64,000 nucleotides of DNA from Nitrospirota bacterium (GTDB lineage Bacteria > Nitrospirota > Nitrospiria > Nitrospirales > Nitrospiraceae), in the NCBI GenBank assembly GCA_963701855.1, contig CAVPBK010000011.1, positions 1 through 64,000 on the forward strand, in the 5' to 3' direction. Below the pieces are notes generated by a model, which saw nothing but the letters and a program-made list of their open reading frames with translations, was not told the origin of the DNA and did not search any database. The number at the start of each line of letters is the position of its first letter. Positions within the stretch are counted from its first letter, which is position 1. The translations under genes were made by a program, and so were the position numbers. This document shows positions 54,432-64,000 of this stretch, in pieces.

Positions 54432-54648
54432 GGCGTCATCTTAAGGCTTTCTGAGCCTGCGAACAAACGATTTCGACGATGGCACTGAAAGAATTAGGTG
54501 CTGGTATCTCCTTAATCGACACAACCAGAGGCGTCCTCATGTTTTCTATGAATATTAGGTTGGGCTGGAATTGCCGAATGTTTGCAACGAAACCCTATTC
54601 AGAGATATCATCATTGAATATCATATTGCGATATGTTGGAGGTATATC

Positions 54649-54885
54649 ATGGGAGCGATCTCGCTGAAACTACCAGAGGATGTCCTCGAGGCCAGTCGGC
54701 GTTGTGCGGATACGCTGCATCTATCCAGAGCCGCCTATATCCGTCGAGCGGTCGAGCATATGAATCGCCAGACACAGGCGTTACTACGGGCAAAACGTTT
54801 GGCCGAGGCTTCGAAGAAAGTGCGCAAGGAAAGCATGCGCGTCAACCGTGAATTTTCCGCTATCGAACGGACTCCCGATGCCTAA
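54649..54885 (+). CDS. ribbon-helix-helix antitoxin
   Basis: AISLKLPE...LSRAAYIRRAV; overlaps the toxin start; repeated ATATC boxes upstream. Confidence 0.8.
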   Translation: MGAISLKLPEDVLEASRRCADTLHLSRAAYIRRAVEHMNRQTQALLRAKRLAEASKKVRKESMRVNREFSAIERTPDA

Positions 54886-55234
54886 TCGAGGAGAAGTCTG
54901 GCTGGCCAATCTCGATCCAAAACGGGGCACGGAACCAGGAAAGACACGACCGGTGCTGATTGTCCAGGCCCAGGCATTGCTCGATGCGCAACATCCCTCG
55001 ACCCTCATCATTCCGCTGACGACCGTGCTTATTGAGGGGGCTGAACCCTTGCGTATTCGCGTCAATGCAGCCGGTCGCCTTCGCCGCACTTCCGATTTGC
55101 TGATCGATCAACTGCGTGTAATCGACAATCGCCGTCTTGTGCAAGGCCCCATGACCAAACTCTCGCCGACACTCATGGCTCGTGTGCATGCGGCCCTCTC
55201 CGAAGTCCTCGACCTCGACCAGGATCGCAGCTGA
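54878..55234 (+). CDS. mazF: PemK/MazF-family toxin
   Basis: RGEVWLANLDP.RGTEPGKTRPVLIVQ, IPLTT, DQLRVID. Confidence 0.9.
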   Translation: MPNRGEVWLANLDPKRGTEPGKTRPVLIVQAQALLDAQHPSTLIIPLTTVLIEGAEPLRIRVNAAGRLRRTSDLLIDQLRVIDNRRLVQGPMTKLSPTLMARVHAALSEVLDLDQDRS

Positions 55235-55352
55235 CGAATGGTTCATGTGCTGGTCTCTTTGGTCTATCTCGTCTTTCTGTTCTGTCTGGTCACCAGAGAG
55301 ACTAGACAGACCAGGGCGGCAACCAGAGAGACGGTTCACGTTTTACGTCTTC

Positions 55353-58300
55353 TCACTGCCAGCTCGCGGCGATGATGCCCTGGAACTGCGTTTGTTGTTG
55401 TGCGGTCCCACCACCCGCGATAGCATCGTCCCAGCTCAGGCCGGTATCTGTCGTGAATTGAGCCATGGCTTGGACGAGCTGATCCACTTGCGTGCTGAGC
55501 AGCACCTGGCCATTGCCAGCTTGAATCGTCTCCGTCCGATTGGTTGTGCCGACATACCAGTTCTGTACGGTAATCTGATCGGACGAGCCATGAATCGCCA
55601 GGCGCAGATCGTTGGCTTGCCGACTAATGACGAGATCCAGCGGATTGATGCCACTATCGAACGACACCTTGTCGGCAGAGCCGCTGCTATCTTGAATGAG
55701 ATCTTGTCCACCGCCGAGCTCAAAGTTGAAGGTGTCGTTGCCCGCCCCGCCAATGAGGGTGTCGTTGCCGGCTCCGCCGTTCAAGGTATCGTTGCCCGCG
55801 CCCCCGTTCAGGGTGTCGTTCCCGCTGGTGCCGGTCAGCACGTTGTCGCCCGCGTTGCCGGTGAGGGCAAGCCCGGTACTGAGTGCAGACGCGTTCACGT
55901 TCAGCGCCGTCGTGCCGGTCGTCAGCCCTGCCGCATTGGCGATCACCACGCTCTCTATCCCCGTGACGCCCGGCGCTACCACCAGGGTCTGCCCGGCGGT
56001 GGTGCTGGTGAAGCGGATCACATCCGTGCCCGCCCCCCCGTCGATCACCTCGCCCGCGCCGTGCTCTGCGGGAGCCCCGATCAGGAACACATCGTTCCCG
56101 TCCCCCCCGTTCAGCGTATCGTCGCCCGCCCCGCCGTTCAGCGTGTCGTTGCCCGCGCCGCCGTTCAGCGTGTCCGCGCCATTCGAGCCGATCAGGAGAT
56201 TGGCGGCGGCGTTGCCGGTGATGGTGATGACCCGCCCAGCCCCGACGCATCCAGATTCTCGAAGTTCATCTGCACCAGCGTGTCGTCAGGCACACCGCCG
56301 ATGGAACGTGACCTGGTCGATCAGTGGGGACAAATCCACCGCCACGACACCGCTCCCGCCCGGTGAGTGCCAGCGTGTCGATGCCTGCGCCCCCGTCCGC
56401 ATCTGCCCGCGGCACATTCCGCGGTAACCAGCATGACGACGACGTCGTTCCCCACCCCCCCATCGACGGTGTCCTGCCCCAGCGCCGCCAATCAGCGTGT
56501 CGTTGCCCGCCCAGTCCAGAAAGCGTGTCGTTGCCGCCGGTGCCGGTGATGCGTATTGGCCAGCGCATTGCCGATGCCGGTGACCGCACGCCTATCCCCG
56601 TCAGCTCTAGATTGTCGAAGTTGATCTGCGTGAGGGCATCAGCCACACCACCGATCGACACGACCTGGTCTGTAGTCGAGGAGAGGCACACCACGTGGTG
56701 TCCGGGACTCCCCCTGCGTTCAGCCCTTCGCTCCACCACGCATCAGGTATCAGTTGGGCGTTCACAGATGAACCGGTCGTTCCCGGCGCCCCCGATCAGC
56801 GGTATCCTGACCCACCCCCGCCGATTCAGCGTATCGTTGCCCGCGCCCCCATTCAGGGTGTCGTTCCCGCGCATGACAGTGCCGAAGTCAGCACGTGTGT
56901 CGCCCGCGTTGCCGGTGAGGGCAAGCCCGGTACTGAGTGCAGACGCGTCCACGTTCAGCGCCGTCGTGCCGGTCGTCAGCCCTGCCGCATTGGCGATCAC
57001 CACGCTCTCCACCCCCGTGACGCCCGGCGCTACCACCAGGGTCTGCCCGGCGGTGGTGCTGGTGAAGCGGATCACATCCGTGCCCGCCCCGCCGTCGATC
57101 ACCTCGCCCGCGCCGTGCTCTGCGGGAGCCCCGATCAGGAACACATCGTTCCCGTCCCCGCCGTTCAGCGTATCGTCGCCCGCCCCGCCGTTGAGCGTGT
57201 CGTTGCCCGCGCCGCCATTCAGCGTGTCCGCGCCATTCGAGCCGATCAGGAGATTGGCGCCGGCATTGCCGGTGATAGTCACTGACCCGCCCAGCCCCGA
57301 CGCATCCAGTTCTCGAAGCATCTGCACCGCGTGTCGTCAGGCACGCCGCCGATGGACATCACCTGGCCGCAGTAGGACAAATCTGCCACTACACTGCTCC
57401 CGACGGTGAGTGCCAACGTGTCGTGACGCGCCGCCGTCCGCATCGTCCACAGTCCCCGCTGTACCTGCATGACGACGACGTCGTTCCCCACGCCCCCTCG
57501 ACGGTGTCCTGCCCCGCGCCGCCAATGAGCGTGTCGTTGCCCGCCGGTCCAGAAAGTTCCTGCCGGTGCCTGATCGATTGGCCAGCGCATTGCAGAGGTC
57601 GGTGCCGGCCCCTCAGCTCTAGATTTCTACGTTGGCGGTGAGGGTGTAGTCGAGGGAGGCCACCACGGTGTCCGTCCCCGCGTTCAGCCCTTCGTCACCA
57701 GCGGTCAGGGCGTTCACAATAAACCGGTCGTTCCCGGCCCCGATCAGCGTATTGATGCCACCCCGCCATTCAATATCGTTGCCCGCGCCCCCGTTCAGGG
57801 TGTCGTTCCCGCTGGTGCCGGTCAGCAGTTGTCGCCCGCGTTGCCGGTGAGGGCAAGCCGCTACCCACGTGCGGACGCGTTCACGTTCAGCGCCGTCGTG
57901 CCGGTCGTCAGCCCTGCCGCATTGGCGATCACGACGCTCTCTACCCCCGTGACGCCCGGCGCTACCACCAGGGTCTGCCCGGCGGTGGTGCTGGTGAAGC
58001 GGATCACATCCGTGCCCGCCCCGCCGTCGATCACCTCGCCCGCGCCGTGCTCCGCGGGAGCCCCGATCAGGAACACATCGTTCCCGTCCCCGCCGTTCAG
58101 GGTATCGTCGCCCGCCCCGCCGTTCAGCGTGTCGTTGCCCGCGCCGCCATTCAGGACATCGTCACCACTCGTCCCGGTGAGGACATTGTTCCCGGCATTG
58201 CCGGTGATGGTGAGACCGTTCGCGACCGCCGCAGCATTCACGTTGATCGCCGCCGTGCCGCTAGCATCTCCGGCCGCAGTGGCAATCTGTACCTGCTCGA

Positions 58301-59636
58301 TGTTGGTGACAAGATTCGTGAGCGTCAGCGTCGCCGCTACAGTCCCGGTATAGCGCAGGATGTCGGTGTCAGCCCCCCCGTCCACGATCTCGCCCGCGGC
58401 AAATTCTGCGGTGGAAGCCAGCAGGAAGAGGTCGTTGCCGGCCCCCCCTTGCAGGTTGTCGGCGCCCAGGCCGCCGATCAGCGTGTCGTTACCCGCCCCG
58501 CCATTCAGCGTGTCGTTGCCCTTCGAGCCGATAATGAAATTGTTGCCTGTGCTGCCGGTGACGTTTACTGCACTGCCTATCCCCGAAGCATCGAGGTTCT
58601 CGAAGTTGATCTGTGTGGGGGCATCAGCCACACCACCGATCGACACGACCTGGTCGGTCGTCGAGGAGAGATCGACCATCACCACGTGGTTGCCCGGGAC
58701 TCTCCACTGAGTAGAAGCGTGTCGTTGCCATCCCCGGCATCGATGGTATCACTGTTGCCGGCGGTCACCAGCATGGTGATCTGGTCATCGCCTGCCCCCC
58801 CATGACGGTGTCCTGACCCGGCCGCCGATGAGCGTGTTGTTAGCCGGCCCCGCCAGTCTCAGCCTGTCGTTGGCGGTACCACGCTTCATCGTGACGCCCG
58901 TATCTTCGTTGGGTCCGCTGATGGTGATCGTATCGTTACCGGCGCCGCCGAAGAACGTCATCCCGACGCCTGAGTTGTTCGTATAGGTGATGGTGTCATT
59001 GCCCGACATCAGATTGCCGACCACAGAGAACAGATCGTTAACCGTGGTGACTGAGCCGAGCGCACTGTATGGCAGCAACAGTCCGCTCATCACGATCGTG
59101 TTGGCTCCATCCACGACCGAGATCTCGCTGACATTTCCGCTAATATTGAAATTCCCGGAGAGGACTAAGCTGCCATTGAAGGTCACTTCGGTAGAGCCAA
59201 GCGTTTCCTGCAGCTGAGTGATACTCCCGGAGGCATTGCCGGATGACAGATCGACCGAGATGTTACCGATGATCGTTTGTTGTACGCCCGGAAATCCGAT
59301 CGTGAGAAGGTTGACGATTTCTTTGCCGACGAAATCAATTGTGCCCGCCAAACTCACGACATCACCGGTGGAGGGATTGCTGTATTCGAACGATGTGACG
59401 ACTGGGTTAGTCTGGTCGAGCCCAGTTCCCGTGGCGGTGACGATTCCCCCGGAATCTAAGGTCACGGAAAGCAATGTCGCACTGGGTGGCGCGTTCAGAG
59501 AGTAATGGCCAAGTTGGATTTCCGATATGGCATCATCGAACCGCTGGGAAAAATTGTTAAAGTCTTGTTGGATGTCGATCGGATCCAGGGAGACACCCGA
59601 CCAATCGATCGTGGTTGAGCCAGTGATTACTGCCAT
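55353..59636 (-). CDS. large RTX Ca-binding T1SS substrate 1 (fragmented by indels)
   Basis: GGxGxD nonapeptides, three near-identical internal blocks, C-terminus [12 protein letters not shown]...WQ; GGGAGAG RBS before MAVITG. Confidence 0.85.
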
Positions 59637-60406
59637 AATGCACACTCTCCCGTGGATGTCATGTCATCAACATGTGTACGGCTGACTTACTTCCTGCTAA
59701 CGTGCAACAGTAACCATCTATCTATGCTGGAGAGGATGACGAAGACTACTTCACGTCATAATCGGTAAGCTGCCAGAACTGGTTAATGATACAGTTCCAT
59801 AAAATAGCGACACGCCCCGACGAGATTTCCCTCTCCAGCCGCTTTCCCCCTCTGTCATTGCGTGGGCCTCTATGCTCCACAATTTCATTCATTGTCAAGA
59901 ACTTGGAGCCTGCAATGATTTGAGGGCAATGCGGGTGCCGACGCATTCAGTGAGGAGCACCGTGCGTGCGCGGGTAAGAATGGCTCCTCAGAGGGTCGTC
60001 GTGCAAGACCTCTTCAACGTTTTTTTGACCTCACCATACTCTGTCGACGACACGAACCCAATTCCTCGTTGGGGGGGGAATTCAAGGAACAGGGGAGGCA
60101 GGAATCTATTTCTTATCACGCGGCTGCTGGCTTCATGGGCAAACTTTGCAAACTGATGAAAAAACTGGAAAGAATATCATGGCACGCCTGAGCTTCGAGG
60201 ATCTGCACGTCTTGCACAACAGGAGAATTCTACCCCAGGATAGCTGAGTAAGACTGGTAGGATTGACGAGACGGGTGAGGGTTCGAGGTCCGAAGGCCGA
60301 AGTGTTCGGAGCTTCGAACCTCGAACGTCAGATCGCGCCTTTCTCGCATGTCTCGCGCTTCACGCGCCACGGTCTGTGTCCTTGTGGGTTGCTTCAACAT
60401 CCCATG

Positions 60407-63400
60407 CTACTGCCAGTTCGCGGCGAGGATGCCCTGGAACTGCGTTTGCTGTTGTGGGGTACCAGCACCCCCGCTCGCATCATCCCAGCTCACGCCGGTA
60501 TTTATCGTGAATTGAGCCATCGCTTGGATGAGCTGATCCACTTGCGTACTGAGCAACACTTGGCCATCGCCCGCTTGAATCGTCTCCGTCCGATTGGCTG
60601 TTCCGACAAACCAGTTCTGCACAGTGATCTGGTCGTTGGGCGATCCATCATGAATGGCAATTCGAAGATTGTTGGCCTGTTTGCTGATGACGAGATCCAG
60701 CGGATTGATGCCACTGTCGAACAATATCTTGTCCATACAGCCATTATTGTCTTGGATGAGATCCTGTCCATCGCCACTGCCAAAGAGGTAGGTATCGTTG
60801 TCATTGCCTCCGTTCAACGTGTCGTTCCCAGCTCCACCACGCAAGGTATCGTTCCCCGCCAGCCCGGAGAGGAGGTTTTTGCCGTCGTTACCGGTGAGGA
60901 CGTTATTGAGCGCATTACCCGTGCCTTTGAGGTCAGCGATCCCGGTCAACTCCAGATTTTCTACATTGGCGCCCAGCGTGTAGTTCAGGGAGGTAACCAC
61001 CGTGTCCGTGCCCGCGTTCAGCGCTTCGGTGACCACGTCACCAGCAACACCAACCGTGTAGGTGTCGTTGCCAAGCCCACCCTTCATGAGGTCGCTGCCG
61101 ATACCACCATCGAGGCTGTTGTTGCCGCTATTGCCATAAGGATATTATTAAGCGCATTGCCGGTGCCGCTCAGGTCTGCGATCCCGGTCAGCTCCAAATT
61201 TTCCACATTGTCGGTGAGCGTGTAATTGATGGACGAGAACACCTTGTCGATGCCCTCGTTCAGCGCTTCAGTGACCAGATCTCCGGCATTGTCCACCGTA
61301 TAGGTGTCGTCACCCAGCCCGCCGCTGATAGCGTCCCCGCCTAAGCCACCATCCAGCGTATCGTTGCCGGCGCCGCCATTGATGCTGTCGTTGCCGCTAG
61401 AGCCGATGATGATATTGGCGCCGTCACTGCCGGTTGCGTTAACCGAACCACCCAGCTCCGAAGCATCGAGGTTCTCGAAGTTGTTTTGCGCGGAGTCATC
61501 AGTCGCGCCGCCGATCGAGACCACCTGGTCGCTTGTCGATGACAGATCGACTACTACGTTGCCAGTGCCGCCTACCACGTCACTAAGCAGAAGTGTGTCG
61601 TTGCCTGGTCCGGCATCGATAATATCCACATTGCCACTGGTGACAGCCATGAAGATGTGGTCGTCGCCCGCTCCCCCTCTGACGTTGTCCTGACCCGTGC
61701 CACCGACCAGCGTGTCATTTCCATCATCCCCGTTCAGTAGGTCGTCGCCGTCACCGCCCACCAGCAAGTCATCACCCGCGCCGCCATTCAGTCCATCAGC
61801 ACCCCCATTGCCGAACAACAAGTCCTTACCGCCGTTCCCATTCAAGACCTCGTCGACTGTACTCGTACCGGCAATAAGATCATTTTGGTCGCCACCGCTA
61901 CGGGCTGGGCCTGTGTCTGTGTTGAGCAGATAGGGAGCGCTTCCTAACGCATACCCGAACATCGATGCACCTCCTGCAAACCCGAAAGTCGATGTACTGC
62001 TCTCAAATTGGAGACTCTCAACCTTACTGCTCGCGCCTGCATATTGGTCTACTATGGTCACTGAGCTCGCGAATGCCGAGCCAACGAGATTTTCCCGGTT
62101 TGCTCGAAGTTCAGCCCTGTAAGGTCTAAACCGTTCGAAACAAGAATACTAATCGTGTCGTTACCACCGCTATCAGTGATGGTATCGTCTCCGGATCGAA
62201 AAGGTTTGTGTCATAACGGTATGTATCATTACCCAGCCCGCCATTGAGCCTGTCCTCGCCGAATCAGCCAGTGATGATATTGTCGCCATCGCTGCCGGTG
62301 ACGACAACCGGATTTGACAAAGCCAGCCCCGAGGCATCGACATTTTCGAAGTTTTTTTGCGTGGAGGCATCAGTCGCGCCGTCGATCGACACCACCTGGT
62401 CGGTGAGCGACGACAGATCCACTACCACCTCGCCGCTGCCGACACCACTAAACACAAAACCACTCAGCACCAGCGTGTCGTTGCCAGCCCCGGCATCGAT
62501 GGTATCTACGTCGTTACTGGTGATCTCCATGCCGATGTGGTCGTCGCCTGCACCTCCGTTGATGCTGTCCTTACCCAGGCCACCGAGCAACGTGTCATTG
62601 CCGTCACCTCCATCCAACGTGTCGGCGCCGTCACCGCCCACCAGCAAGTCATCACCCGCGCCGCCATTCAGGGTGTCGGCACCTTCATTGCCGAACAACA
62701 AGTCCTTACCGCCGTTCCCATTCAAAGTCTCGCCACTTGCACTCGAACCGGCAATAAGATCATTTTGGTCGCCACCGTTACGGGTTGGGCCTGTGTCCGT
62801 GTTGAGCAGATACGGAGCGCTTCCCAACGCATACCCAAAAATCGATGCGCCGCCTGCAAACCCAGGAATCGGTGCGCTGCCTGAAAATTGGAGACTCTCG
62901 ACTTTGCTGCTCGCGCCTGTGTACTGGCCTACTATGGTCACTGAGTCCCCGGATGCCGAGCCGACGAGATTATTGGCTGTTTGCTCGAAGTTCAGCCCAC
63001 TCAGGTCAAAACCGTTCATGACAATAAGGTCATTGCCACCGCTATCATTGATCGTATCGTTTCCGGATATGCCGATTGTGTCGAAACGGTACGTATCATT
63101 GCCCATGCCCGCCATTGAGCATATCGGTGCCTGGCCCCCCGCTGAGAACGTCATTGCCTGCGCCGCCGTCCAGCACATCGTCGCCCGCCAGCCCGGAGAG
63201 AATGTTGTTACCGCTGTTGCCGGTGAGGAGGTTGTTGCCGCCGTCGCCGGTGGCATTGATCGCGGCAGTGCCAGTGAGCAGCACATTCTCGATCTCGGTG
63301 AAGAACACATCATTGAGATCGACGCTGCGGTTGATGTTCACCGTGTCGTTGCCTCCACCAGGCAACTCCGTGATGCTGTCGTGGAGATCGTCAATCACGT

Positions 63401-64000
63401 AGGTGTCGTTGCCGACACCCCCGATCATGGTGTCGCGGCCCAGCCCGCCAATCAGCGTATCGTCGCCGGCCCCGCCAGTGACCGTGTCGTTGCCGCTCGC
63501 GCCGATGATACTGTTGTCGCCATCGCTGCCGGTGACCGTCACGGAACTGCCGAGCCCCGTGGCGTGAGGTTCTCGAAGTTGATTTGCGTCAGCGTGTACC
63601 GTCAGCAACGCCGCCGATCGAGACCGCCTGGTCGGTCGACGAGGACAGATCGACCACCACCACGTGGTCGCCCGGGACGACCCCACTGAGTACCAGTGTG
63701 TCGGTGTCCGCCCCGGCATCGATGGTATCCACGTTGCCGGCCGTGACCAGCAGGGTGATCTGGTCATCGCCCATACCCCCGTTGACGCTATCCTCACCCA
63801 GGCCGCCGCTGAGCCGGTTGTGACCGTTGTTGCCGGTGAGGACGTTGGCGAGCGCATTGCCGGTGCCGTTGAGGTCGCCCTCCCCGTGAGCTCAGGTTCT
63901 CCAGGTTGGCACCCAGCGTGAAACTCGGCGGCGAGCTTTGCACCGTGTCCTTGCCGCGATCAGCGGCCGCCGTAAGAAGATGTTTCAGTGACCACATCCC
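60407..64000 (-). CDS. large RTX Ca-binding T1SS substrate 2 (fragmented; start lies beyond the window)
   Basis: GGxGxD repeats, NVENLELTG, C-terminus near-identical to RTX 1. Confidence 0.85.

Noticed and set aside
60180..60197. sigma-54 promoter TGGCACGCCTGAGC
   Set aside because: The GG-to-GC spacing is 9 rather than 10, and no gene follows on that strand.
55182..63921. long plus-strand ORFs over the RTX region
   Set aside because: They are antisense shadows of Gly/Asp-rich RTX coding sequence.

Overview
This window is most likely from a Nitrospira chromosome, possibly a comammox lineage; that is inferred from gene content and repeat style, not tested by search. Many single-base frameshifts suggest an error-prone long-read assembly. 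1-35 kb is an accessory mosaic: PilZ and DUF1566 proteins, a GAF sigma-54 activator with sigma-54 promoters, a beta-carbonic anhydrase coupled to a bestrophin gene, a two-component pair, a tandemly duplicated RND pump with a leader motif present three times, decayed genes, tRNA-fragment att scars and IS3/IS200 remnants. It also holds a guanidine-I riboswitch with an APC permease and a convergent guanidinase-type ureohydrolase, and two tandem ArfA(Rv0899)-like BON/OmpA modules. 35-48 kb is core genome (purH, purD, tsaC, an aminotransferase, coaD, rsmD, radC, an atypical EF-G paralogue, an HtrA protease). A dif-like XerC/XerD site lies at 48053-48080. It is followed directly by a free-standing LAGLIDADG endonuclease, a type I secretion system, a MazEF-like toxin-antitoxin pair and two large RTX genes. 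The best candidates for something undescribed are the dif-LAGLIDADG-T1SS/RTX block, the carbonic anhydrase-bestrophin operon, the duplicated ArfA-like modules beside the guanidine genes, and the diverging RND pair.
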